From NCBI RefSeq assembly GCF_003231495.1, contig NZ_PQWO01000001.1, positions 180,001 through 212,000 of the forward strand: a stretch of 32,000 nt of DNA. The letters run 5' to 3'. Under the pieces are notes generated by a model. That model saw nothing but the letters and a program-made list of their open reading frames with translations, did no database searches and was not told the origin of the DNA. Positions 1 to 7,894 of this stretch are shown piece after piece. Each line of letters starts with the position of its first letter. Position 1 is the stretch's first letter. The translations under genes and the position numbers were made by a program. The stretch is from Acaryochloris thomasi RCC1774. Its GTDB lineage: Bacteria > Cyanobacteriota > Cyanobacteriia > Thermosynechococcales > Thermosynechococcaceae.

Positions 1-800
1 TGTCCTTCATGACGGGCAAGAAACAGCAGATTAGCGATCAAAGCACTGATCGATTTACTTTGAGTCACAATGTTCGATAAGCGCTGCCGAGGCTGTTGCT
101 CATCTTCAGCAGGGGCGAGTAACCCCACCTGGGCATTACTGAGGATAGCTGAGATAGGAGCGCGCAGTTCATGAGAAGCATCGGCTGTAAACCGCTGTAG
201 TTGTTCGTAGGACCTTCTCGCGGGACGCATGGCAAAGCTACCGAGTATCCAACCCACTATTCCAGTAAAGATAAGTGCAACGGGTATCCCCAGAGATAAA
301 AATAAACGCGATCGCGCTAGAGATTCCTCTAGCGGCTCTAGGGATACCGCAATCTGTAGATAACCGACCGGAGACTCACCATCCTGTAGCGGCAGGGTTA
401 GTCTGCGCAGATTTTTTTGCTGAGTTGCACCATCAGAGCGACAGTCATACTTTAGGATCTTCCAACCTGGGGTAATTGGCGTTCGCTGGCGAGGAGAGTG
501 CCCCGTAAACTGTAGAAGGCGCTGTCGAAAATCGTACCAGCGAACATAAATTATCTTTGACTCTAGGCCGTCGCTGTTTCGGAACGACACGTTTTCTGTA
601 TCTATTGACCAGCTTTCACCCTGTTTTTGATAGGTTGTCAGTGCAGCAATTCTTTTTGCTTCACGATAGATTTGTGTATCAAGTTCTCGCATTTCATCCT
701 CTACCTGACGATGATAAACCGTAAAGGCAAACAGAATTAGAATGCTTCCCATGGACAGGGCAAACCAATAAGCAAGACGACGGCGAGAACGATCAAACAT
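1..800 (-). CDS. Sensor histidine kinase, N-terminal part (runs off the window start)
   Basis: The reverse strand reads from ATG (complement of 798-800) as MFDRSRRRLAYWFALSMGSILILFAF (TM1) ... LGIPVALIFTGIVGWILG (TM2) ... MRPARRSYEQLQRFTADASHELRAPISAILSNAQ. It has no stop down to base 1. ASHELRAPI is a classical HisKA H-box. The ORF track omits it because it is open-ended. Confidence 0.85.
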   Translation of the reverse strand, partial: MFDRSRRRLAYWFALSMGSILILFAFTVYHRQVEDEMRELDTQIYREAKRIAALTTYQKQGESWSIDTENVSFRNSDGLESKIIYVRWYDFRQRLLQFTGHSPRQRTPITPGWKILKYDCRSDGATQQKNLRRLTLPLQDGESPVGYLQIAVSLEPLEESLARSRLFLSLGIPVALIFTGIVGWILGSFAMRPARRSYEQLQRFTADASHELRAPISAILSNAQVGLLAPAEDEQQPRQRLSNIVTQSKSISALIANLLFLARHEG

Positions 801-1019
801 ATTTTAACAAGCACTCTTTTCTGCTCAGATCCTAGCTGATTTTATGCTGGCCATGTTGACTTCTTCTATGCTTTGTGAAGCCTCAGCATTCAGCTTCTCA
901 TACTCTAGACGGCGATACTTCCGGCTCTAATTTTTTTCAGGGAATCTTGGTCGCTGTATGACATTTTCATGTCATGTTTCACTATCAAAATAGAGATAAG
1001 TCAGTCAAGAACGAACAAC

Positions 1020-1508
1020 ATGCAACCAATTTCTTCTTTCAAAAAGACAATCCTGGCAGTTTTGGTGGGTACCAGTATTGTCAGCGTAACAACATTACCC
1101 GTTCGAGCAAATGAAGATAGCTGGGTCAGTCAATCTAGAGGGACTCAGCCGGTCTTCAGCCAGAATCCCTCCACATTCAGCAATCGCCCCAGCGATACTG
1201 GCTCTGTGGAAGATTTCACCAAGGTTATTGGTATCTTTGGTCTAGCAATGGGAACAGGCATGATCGGCTGGCATCTAACCCACTCTCGCCGCTCATCCTT
1301 GAGTGATTCCATTTTTTCTATCAATAGCAGAGAAACCTCTATGCTTGGGCACGTGAATCCCAAACTGAAGCAGAAGCTCTTGAGGTTAGTTCACAATCAG
1401 CAGACTGCAAGCCGTCTCCTTTCTAGCGCTTCACTCAGATACGCGGACCGCTCTCCCAACTGGCTGGCGGAGAAAGTCATTTATGATCTACAGCGAGATC
1501 GCGCCTAG
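1020..1508 (+). CDS. Hypothetical secreted or membrane protein with a conserved C-terminal '...W..EKVIYDL(Q/E)RDR' motif
   Basis: The track ORF is 969-1508. The internal ATG at 1020 gives MQPISSFKKTILAVLVGTSIVSVTTLPVRA, which looks like a signal peptide. A second hydrophobic stretch is VIGIFGLAMGTGMIGW. The C-terminal roughly 48 aa share a motif with the TPR protein at 14727-15980. The start (969 or 1020) is uncertain. Confidence 0.55.
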   Translation: MQPISSFKKTILAVLVGTSIVSVTTLPVRANEDSWVSQSRGTQPVFSQNPSTFSNRPSDTGSVEDFTKVIGIFGLAMGTGMIGWHLTHSRRSSLSDSIFSINSRETSMLGHVNPKLKQKLLRLVHNQQTASRLLSSASLRYADRSPNWLAEKVIYDLQRDRA

Positions 1509-1593
1509 TGCTTCTGTAAGCGAAGCCTCTTAAAGTTGCCCCCTAAGTCGACAAACTGATCCTCCCTGCAAGAAGTGATATGCAGGCGTGACT

Positions 1594-2268
1594 CTAATCT
1601 TGGTAATTGAGGCGATATCCCATACCGTATACGGTTTCTAACCAATCCTTTGCCCCGACAGCTTCTAAACGCTGTCGGAGTCTTCTAACCAGCGTCGTCA
1701 CTGCATTACTTTCCGGCTCGCTTCCCCAGCTCCAGAGTGCCTGCTCGATTTGATCGCGAGACAAGACCTGGCGTGGATGACGCATGAGATATTCCATAAG
1801 CTGAAATTCTTTGACTGAGAGCTGAATTTTCTCTGCTCCCCGCTCTAGCTCTAAGCTAGTCAAATCTAGCTGTAAATCCGCTATTGCCAGTACCTCTCCT
1901 TGCCAGAGGGGCGATCGCCGCCCCAAAGCTCGCACCCTCGCCAATAGCTCTAAGACATCGACAGGCTTAACAATGTAGTCATCTGCTCCAGCATCTAGAC
2001 CATCTACCTTGTCAGCCGTTGTATCTTTGGCCGTTATCATAAGGACAGGGGCAGTACGGCCCAAATCGCGATATTGACGACAAAGATCAACCCCGCTGAC
2101 ATTAGGTAACATCCAGTCCAAAATCAAGAGATCGTAATCTCTTTCTTTGATCAATGCTGACGCCATCTCACCATCCTGTACTGCGTCCACGACGTGTCCC
2201 ACTTGTGAGAGCGCGGTCTGTAAAGGTTCTAACTGTGCTAGATCGTCTTCAACTAAAAGAATTAGCAT
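1594..2268 (-). CDS. OmpR/PhoB-family response regulator (receiver plus winged-helix DNA-binding domain)
   Basis: 224 aa. The receiver reads MLILLVEDD...DLLILDWMLP...ITAKD (acidic pocket, phospho-Asp, conserved T/K context). The C-terminal trans_reg_C-like part reads LSVKEFQLMEYLMRHPRQVLSRDQIEQALW...VYGMGYRL. Confidence 0.95.
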   Translation of the reverse strand: MLILLVEDDLAQLEPLQTALSQVGHVVDAVQDGEMASALIKERDYDLLILDWMLPNVSGVDLCRQYRDLGRTAPVLMITAKDTTADKVDGLDAGADDYIVKPVDVLELLARVRALGRRSPLWQGEVLAIADLQLDLTSLELERGAEKIQLSVKEFQLMEYLMRHPRQVLSRDQIEQALWSWGSEPESNAVTTLVRRLRQRLEAVGAKDWLETVYGMGYRLNYQD

Positions 2269-2289
2269 TTAAGCAATTGTTGTTTTGCC

Positions 2290-2685
2290 GTGACTGTAAT
2301 GCGTCAGATTAAAGGATGGCAGCAACTCAGTTCGCTGGGACTGGAATTTTGGCTTCCCTTGCCTATTATTGGCATAGCGTTCTGGATTGCCAGCGGATTC
2401 GTAACAGATTACAGTTTAGGCTTATCGGGGCCATCCGTTGAACCCTTCACGATTGCTCTCGATAAGAATCAGCCTTCTGAAAAGATCCTCTTTATCAAAG
2501 TCAGCGTTGACAAAGATCTCGGCACTTCTCAAGTCAACGTCAAACAGGCAACTCAGGTTTATCGAAAGCAACAGTTTGAGCTCAACACAACAAACCGAGA
2601 ACAAATGGAAGCTGCAATTGGCCGAAAGCTTAATCTATCTCCTGAAGAAGTTAGACGGCTGTTACGCTATCAAGTAAAAAAGTAA
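2290..2685 (+). CDS. Hypothetical small membrane protein
   Basis: 131-aa ORF with a GTG start at 2290 and an alternative ATG at 2299. It has one N-terminal hydrophobic helix (LEFWLPLPIIGIAFWIASGFV). I recognised no family. The antisense ORFs 2422-2604 and 2438-2677 are shadows. Confidence 0.55.
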   Translation: MTVMRQIKGWQQLSSLGLEFWLPLPIIGIAFWIASGFVTDYSLGLSGPSVEPFTIALDKNQPSEKILFIKVSVDKDLGTSQVNVKQATQVYRKQQFELNTTNREQMEAAIGRKLNLSPEEVRRLLRYQVKK

Positions 2686-2833
2686 TTATCACAGCACTCT
2701 AAAGATAAAATCCTCAACTGAGATAGTTTTAATATTTCACAAAGCGGAATTTAAAAAGCAGGTGGGCTTCGATCGCCATCATTTTTATATTTTGCAAAAT
2801 TTTTACATAGAAGGGTATAAAAACACTAAGAAT

Positions 2834-2858
2834 AGGTGCCGCTTTTGATCCGGCACCT
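2834..2858. terminator. 8-bp stem hairpin (AGGTGCCG-9 nt-CGGCACCT) between convergent genes
   Basis: Read directly as aggtgccg cttttgatc cggcacct. It lies about 150 nt after the 2290-2685 stop and about 55 nt beyond the stop of the minus-strand small ORF at 2914. Confidence 0.4.
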
Positions 2859-2859
2859 C

Positions 2860-2898
2860 GAGGGTTTAACGACTAGGCCAAAAGTGCATTAAACCCTC
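2860..2898. terminator. 10-bp stem hairpin (GAGGGTTTAA-19 nt-TTAAACCCTC), adjacent to the previous hairpin
   Basis: gagggtttaa at 2860-2869 is the exact reverse complement of ttaaaccctc at 2889-2898. It sits 16 nt from the stop of the minus-strand ORF at 2914, so it is a possible terminator for that gene. Confidence 0.4.
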
Positions 2899-2913
2899 TG
2901 ATGCTCTAGTGGA

Positions 2914-3063
2914 TTAAGTTTGCGTTGTGTTTTCCTGAGGAACGGGTTGTGAAGTCGTTCCTGAATCAGACTTCGACTTGTTACCAGAACAGGCTTCTGC
3001 CGCAACAGGAATAGATGTCAAGACAAGCAACAGTATTCCAGCTAGGATTGGTTTGACTTTCAT
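2914..3063 (-). CDS. Small secreted peptide or possible lipoprotein (49 aa)
   Basis: The internal ATG (complement of 3061-3063) of track ORF 2914-3207 gives MKVKPILAGILLLVLTSIPVAAEAC SGNKSKSDSGTTSQPVPQENTTQT. This is a signal peptide followed by Cys and a low-complexity S/T/Q tail. The lipobox is atypical (E at -2). Confidence 0.4.
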   Translation of the reverse strand: MKVKPILAGILLLVLTSIPVAAEACSGNKSKSDSGTTSQPVPQENTTQT

Positions 3064-3497
3064 AGTATCCTCGTAAAAATTGGGCTTAGGTTTACTGTTT
3101 TTTACTATGAGTGATAAATATGACATAAGAATGTCACCGTTCAAGGCTCTACACTCTGTAATCCAAAATGTATAAAATCTCGGTGTTTGAGGGTAATGAT
3201 TGATCAATCAGCGATTGCGGTAACCTATCCGAGATCGAGATACGATAAGTCGGAATTTTAAAAGCTAGTGGAATGAATTAACTCAACCGTTGCTGTGCCA
3301 ATCACAAACTAAAGGCTTCCACAGAATATCAACGTTTACATTTTGAAATCAGCAGTTGAGTTGTCTACGCAGATACATCCTCCTAAAAATACTCAGTGCT
3401 TGCTTGGACAAGTTCTCAGTTTGAATTGGACAACAGTGCTACTAAAAGACGAATGAACTGGCCGAGTACGCGAGGTATATGCTTCTCCCAATAGCGT

Positions 3498-4397
3498 CTA
3501 CCGCAGCGTATTGCGTTCCCAGAACACGCCATCAGTAAACCCCTGAATGTTGGGGTTCGACTCTGCCAGCTCTAGTCGTTGCTCCACCAGCAAGCAGTAG
3601 TCCTCATCTTGCTCAATACCCAGATACCGACGACCCAGCTTTTTCGCTACCACTGAAGTCGTCCCGCTACCTAAAAAAGGATCCAACACCAAATCCCCTG
3701 GATTGCTGCTGGCAAGCAATAGCTTGGCAATCAACTTTTCGCTTTTTTGGGTGGGATGGTCGGTATTCTCCGGCATCGACCAAAAAGGGATAGTAATGTC
3801 AGTCCAGAGGTTGGATGGGTGGGTGTCTCGAAACTTGCCGTTGGGGGTAGCCTTCCAGTCTTTGGGTTCACCCTCCGCGTTGCGATAGGGCGCAATTACC
3901 CGCCGCCGGATCTTAACGGCGTCGGCATGGAACGTATAGTCATTAGAAACCGTACAAAACCACAGATCTTCACTAGCATTCTTCCAGTTTGCCTTAGCGC
4001 CTCTGCCTTTCTCTCGTTCCCAGGTGATGCGGTTACGGACGATTAGGTATTCGCTGGCAACGGTAAAGATAGAAGCGGAAGAGAACCAGTCACCACAAAT
4101 ATAAACGGTGGCGGTGGGCTTCAAAAGCGGCAGCAGCGTAACGATCAACTGCTCAAGCCAATCTGAATATTCGATGACGGAGCGCTTCGAGAACTTCTTA
4201 CCGTTGAAGCTCTTGGACAGGTTGTAGGGCGGGTCCAAAATCAGCAAGTCAACGCAGTGACGGGGGAGCTGAGGCGCAACTTTGAGACAGTCTCCTTGAA
4301 TGGTGCCGGTTAGCTCTTCGAGTGTTGTGGGATCTTGAATCAGACGGGGGAAAAGACGGTTGCGATCGCAACTCTCCAGCGTCAGGGTCCGATTCAT
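3498..4397 (-). CDS. Site-specific DNA methyltransferase, beta-class amino-MTase (DPPY motif; N6-adenine or N4-cytosine)
   Basis: Motif IV is LLILDPPYNLSKSF. The SAM motif I follows downstream as VLDPFLGSGTTSVVAKKLGRRYLGIEQDEDY, which is the IV-then-I order typical of beta-class enzymes. The likely start is MNRTLTLES at 4397. The longer track ORF (to 4499) would overlap the divergent glycosyltransferase region. Confidence 0.9.
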   Translation of the reverse strand: MNRTLTLESCDRNRLFPRLIQDPTTLEELTGTIQGDCLKVAPQLPRHCVDLLILDPPYNLSKSFNGKKFSKRSVIEYSDWLEQLIVTLLPLLKPTATVYICGDWFSSASIFTVASEYLIVRNRITWEREKGRGAKANWKNASEDLWFCTVSNDYTFHADAVKIRRRVIAPYRNAEGEPKDWKATPNGKFRDTHPSNLWTDITIPFWSMPENTDHPTQKSEKLIAKLLLASSNPGDLVLDPFLGSGTTSVVAKKLGRRYLGIEQDEDYCLLVEQRLELAESNPNIQGFTDGVFWERNTLR

Positions 4398-4510
4398 GGG
4401 TGCTCGCTGCTTTCTGGTCGAAGGTGGCGTCATGTTCAGAAGCGAAAGACTACAGGATAGGATATATCTGTTTGGGTGCCCAACACCGTTCCCCTCCAAC
4501 GATAGAGTCT

Positions 4511-5275
4511 ATGCCTAAGCCCGTTCTCACCATTTTTTATCAGTTCAATCCTTGGCATACAACAATTGGCGGCATTCAGACGATCATCATCAACTTCATT
4601 AAATATGCGCCACCAGAATTTGACGTCAGACTTGTGGGCACGGGCGTAGATCCCAATGAGCCGCTGGGGCAATGGCAAGAGAAAGAGCTAGCGGGTCGCA
4701 AGCTTTCTTTTTTACCCCTGATTCTGGTTGAGAATGACGATGTGCGGGGCTTAATCCCCACGACGCTGCGCTACACCGGAGCGCTTCTGAGACAGAATTT
4801 TGCTTCGAACTTCATGCACTTCCACCGCATTGAACCAACGCTAGCTACCTTTCAATGGAACGGGGACAAAACCCTAGTGATCCATAACGACATTGAGGAG
4901 CAGATGTCCGGCTCTGGGGGAGATAAGGGGTCGATTCTGTGGCGGTATCTGCCGTCGGTCTACTTCCGACTGGAAAAATTATTGGTGGGACAGTTTGCTG
5001 AGATTTTGTCCTGCAATTCAAATTCCTGCCAGTTTTACCGCGATCGCTACCCCGAAATTGCAGACCGGATCACGTTTTATCAAAACACCGTTGATCCTGA
5101 GATCTTCTACCCACTCCCGGCAGAACAGCGACCTGCGGCCCGCGAAGCCTTTGCTAAAGAGCGTAGCCTGCCAACAGATACGCGCTTTTTACTCTTTGCA
5201 GGCCGTCTGCATCCGCAAAAGGATCCGGTGCTGCTGGTGCAAACAGTGGCGGCACTTCAAGATCCAACCGTACAT
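4511..5275 (+). pseudogene. GT4-family glycosyltransferase, 5' fragment (255 codons), interrupted by an IS4-family element
   Basis: The ATG at 4511 gives MPKPVLTIFYQFNPWHTTIGGIQT.... The frame reads ...LQDPTVH and then runs into the IS inverted repeat, reaching a stop at 5285-5287. Its continuation is at 6770-7204. Confidence 0.9.
5266..5275. repeat. Target-site duplication, copy 1 (AACCGTACAT)
   Basis: It is identical to the 10-mer at 6760-6769 immediately outside the other IR. The IR/TSD boundary is ambiguous by 1 nt. Confidence 0.9.
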
Positions 5276-5293
5276 CAATGGCACTGACTTAAG
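5276..5293. repeat. IS terminal inverted repeat (low-coordinate end)
   Basis: caatggcactgacttaag is the exact reverse complement of 6742-6759. Confidence 0.95.
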
Positions 5294-5298
5294 CTCAA

Positions 5299-6696
5299 TC
5301 AAGCCGCCAGCTTAGCTTTGAGAACAGCGCGTGGTTGTCGCATTCTCGGGAAGGATTTAGGTCTGCGCTTAACCACTCTCGGTTCGTGCCGATTCGGTCG
5401 TGCAGGTAGTAGATCGAAGGCAATGCTCTCCAGCAGGTGAGCATACAACCGTTTACTGGTCGCACGAGTGGCGATAGCCAATAAAGCAAGCATCTGATTG
5501 AAGTGTTGGCGTGCCCCTTGCAGCGAAAGTTGTGTCCGCGCATCATCTGCCAGCGGTGCCGCGTATTCCATCAGGCTTCTCAATAAGTTGTAGCCCAACA
5601 GATGTGCCCAGATATCTTTTCGAACCATCTGTGGCGTTTTGGCAGTGAGCATCTCCATTTTTAAGGTGGTTTTTAGATGCCGAAGATTGACTTCAGCCGC
5701 TGGCCAACGCCAGCCATAGAGTCGTGTCAGTTGCTGAGCACTGTAACGTTGGGCATCAAGCAACGTCGTCACCACAATAATGCGCTGGTCACGAAAGCCC
5801 TTGAGAGATAACCGCAAGCACACCTCTCTGACGACCAATGTCTTGGGAATCATCGCAAACTCGGCCTCACTCATATGCTCAGGCCGTTGGGCTGGTTTGT
5901 GCCATGTCACTTGATGATCGCCAATGCCGTTCTTGTTGCCTTTGCGGAAATCAGTCTTTCGAGCATGATGTTTACGCAAGACTCCATCGGCCCCTTTTTG
6001 CTGAATCAGTGCGAGGTCAACGTAACTACCATAAGCTTGGTCTGCCATCGCGACATCATCAACCTCAAGCTCCTGGTAGAGCAGACGGCTCATGACAATT
6101 TCACTCATGCTCCAAGGTGCAATACAGGCCGACACCACTGCCCCTGTAATGAGACAAAAGAACACCACCAAACGGGCAAGGGGAAATCCACAACCTGCAG
6201 CTTGATTGCCGTGTTGTGGATACCCCTGTTGGTTCGCAGCACTATCGGCCATCAAGACGGTCGTTCCGTCGTAGACCTTGACCGGGCGACCACACCAGAG
6301 GTGCTCTGGGGAGACTGCTTGTGCCAAGCGATTAGCGGTTTCGGGAATTAAGCGTTGCAGCAGTGACTCTGGCAATCGACCTCTTGCTTTGCTATAGGCT
6401 CCGGTATCGGATGATGGCGGTTGAGAACCAGCCGCGGTGAGCCACGTGGTGATGCATTTGACCGTGTTACGAAGGCTTTTATCGGCGGACAAGGCTTGAT
6501 AGAGCATAGCCCACAGGGTAACGACCGGCGGATACACGCGGCTGCGAGACAAAATCGCCTCTTCCTCAAGGATTGCGTCGAGCCTTGAAGCTGGCAGGAT
6601 ATCCGCCCAGGGCAACCCTAGGCTTTTGGAAAACTGGTGCTTGAGAATTGCGGCGGACTCAGACATAGTGGAAGGCAGAATGTTTATGGCTGGCAA
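5299..6696 (-). CDS. IS4-family DDE transposase (465 aa)
   Basis: The architecture and motifs parallel E. coli IS4 InsG. These include an N-terminal IS4-type domain (LPWADILPASRLDAILEE...), HLWCGRPVKVYDGTTV (first D), VAMADQAYGSY (second D), YGWRWPAAEVNLRHLK (YREK-like region) and a C-terminal PRVVKRRPKSFPRMRQPR tail. Confidence 0.95.
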   Translation of the reverse strand: MPAINILPSTMSESAAILKHQFSKSLGLPWADILPASRLDAILEEEAILSRSRVYPPVVTLWAMLYQALSADKSLRNTVKCITTWLTAAGSQPPSSDTGAYSKARGRLPESLLQRLIPETANRLAQAVSPEHLWCGRPVKVYDGTTVLMADSAANQQGYPQHGNQAAGCGFPLARLVVFFCLITGAVVSACIAPWSMSEIVMSRLLYQELEVDDVAMADQAYGSYVDLALIQQKGADGVLRKHHARKTDFRKGNKNGIGDHQVTWHKPAQRPEHMSEAEFAMIPKTLVVREVCLRLSLKGFRDQRIIVVTTLLDAQRYSAQQLTRLYGWRWPAAEVNLRHLKTTLKMEMLTAKTPQMVRKDIWAHLLGYNLLRSLMEYAAPLADDARTQLSLQGARQHFNQMLALLAIATRATSKRLYAHLLESIAFDLLPARPNRHEPRVVKRRPKSFPRMRQPRAVLKAKLAA

Positions 6697-6741
6697 GTCT
6701 TGATTCTATATCTATCAAAACTTGTAGCCCTTTCCTAACGC

Positions 6742-6759
6742 CTTAAGTCAGTGCCATTG
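6742..6759. repeat. IS terminal inverted repeat (high-coordinate end)
   Basis: cttaagtcagtgccattg is the exact reverse complement of 5276-5293. Confidence 0.95.
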
Positions 6760-6769
6760 AACCGTACAT
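6760..6769. repeat. Target-site duplication, copy 2 (AACCGTACAT)
   Basis: It is identical to 5266-5275. Confidence 0.9.
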
Positions 6770-7204
6770 CTATTTGTCGCGGGGGATGGTGAGCTACTGC
6801 CTGCGGTCAAGGCTGAGGTTGAGCGTTTGAGCTTATCAAACCAAGTGACGCTGCTCGGGACTTTGGGGGGCGAACAGCTTGCAGATTTTTACCGCGTTTG
6901 CCATAGCTTTGTGCTGTCTAGCGTTTACGAGGGTCTACCGCTGACGGTTTTAGAGGCGCTGGCCTGTGGTGCCCCGGTGGTCACAACTGACTGCGGCGAG
7001 ACGCCGAATCTATTAACGCCGGAGTCGGGGGTAGTCGCGAAGGAACGGACTGGGGATGCGATCTCAACTTCCATCAAACAGATTCTCAATACACCGGATG
7101 CCTATCCCGCTGAAGCCTGCATCCAAGTCGCGCAACCCTCAAGAGCCGATGAAGTAATCGCTAAAATCTATAGCCAAATGCTAGAGCGCTGGCAACCAAA
7201 ATAG
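6770..7204 (+). pseudogene. GT4-family glycosyltransferase, 3' fragment (144 codons plus stop)
   Basis: It is in the same frame as 4511-5275 once the IS and one TSD copy are removed. The join reads ...QDPTVH|LFVAGDGELLPAVKAEVERLSLSNQVTLLG...VYEGLPLTVLEALACGAPVVTTDCGE (the Glycos_transf_1 E-x7-E region). The restored protein would be 399 aa. Confidence 0.9.
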
Positions 7205-7253
7205 AAAAGTTTCGGCAGGGCTGTTTAAAGTGAAATGACTCTAAAAAATGGAA

Positions 7254-7299
7254 TTGAAGCTGTTGTGCGTGGCCTATCATGATCCAGCAGCAGCTTCAA
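7254..7299 (+). terminator. Hairpin downstream of the glycosyltransferase (9-bp perfect stem TTGAAGCTG/CAGCTTCAA with imperfect extension)
   Basis: ttgaagctg at 7254-7262 pairs with cagcttcaa at 7291-7299. It lies about 50 nt after the stop at 7204. There is no clear U-tract. Confidence 0.3.
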
Positions 7300-7489
7300 C
7301 TTCAGAACATAATACATGTTAATTTTCAGCAGTCTATCGACTTGCTAAAACGCACTCTATCTACCAAAGAGTCAAGAATAAAGCCTTGACAGATCCGTTT
7401 TAGCACGCTAGCCGCACAGTCAAAAATACCTTGTCTAAAATGAATTGAAATTGGGGCAAAATAAGCTCATGAGATTGGAGAGCTGAGCA

Positions 7490-7894
7490 TTGAATAAAAC
7501 TGAAGCGATTGAGTATGCTCACGCAACTGGCTGGACAAAAGCAGATGCTAGGCGGGCTTTTGAAGGAATCGGCTTCCCGCTTGATGAGTTGACTATTCTC
7601 AATAAAATGGTTCGGTTTGCTGGCCCTGAGCTTGTACAACGACAAAATCTTCAACGTGCTCAGAAAGGCCAAGTCACTAGAAAGAAGAATCAGCTAGAAA
7701 AAATAGAAAGCAACTATAAAGATATGGTTGAGGACTATGAGGCTCAACTTCAGCTTGAACGCAGTAGCTTTGTGGGCGTCATTGAGATTGTCTATGGCAT
7801 CGCAAAAACCTTCGGATACCGTGATGCTTGGATTGACAGTCTGTTGAGAACGTATGAGGACTACTCACAAGACAATCAGCAGGAGGCTGCGTGA
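7490..7894 (+). CDS. Hypothetical protein (134 aa, predicted coiled-coil centre); first gene of the HNH operon
   Basis: TTG start at 7490 with GGAG at 7477-7480. The sequence MNKTEAIEYAHATGWTKADARRAFEGIGFPLDEL... looks protein-like. Its stop TGA (7892-7894) overlaps the GTG of the next gene. I recognised no family. Confidence 0.5.
   Translation: MNKTEAIEYAHATGWTKADARRAFEGIGFPLDELTILNKMVRFAGPELVQRQNLQRAQKGQVTRKKNQLEKIESNYKDMVEDYEAQLQLERSSFVGVIEIVYGIAKTFGYRDAWIDSLLRTYEDYSQDNQQEAA

Larger units (their letters stand above)
5276..6759 (-). mobile_element. IS4-family insertion sequence (1,484 bp), apparently intact
   Basis: It has perfect 18-bp terminal inverted repeats (CAATGGCACTGACTTAAG at 5276-5293, and its reverse complement at 6742-6759). 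It has 10-bp direct target duplications (AACCGTACAT at 5266-5275 and 6760-6769). A single 465-aa transposase ORF fills the element. Confidence 0.95.

Noticed and set aside
275-475. 66-aa plus-strand ORF in the track
   Set aside because: It lies entirely antisense to the uninterrupted histidine-kinase reading frame (H-box at about 160-200, start at 800). It has no recognisable motif, so it is a shadow ORF.
4322-4510. N-terminal extensions that make the glycosyltransferase ORF (from 4322) and the methyltransferase ORF (to 4499) overlap by about 180 bp
   Set aside because: The family-typical N-termini begin at the internal ATGs (4511 MPKPVLTIFY..., and 4397 MNRTLTLES...). The extensions are low-quality sequence and would require overlapping divergent genes.
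5838-6351. Plus-strand ORFs (85 and 158 aa) inside the IS element
   Set aside because: They are antisense to the intact IS4 transposase and show no motifs. They are typical shadow ORFs of a moderately GC-rich gene.
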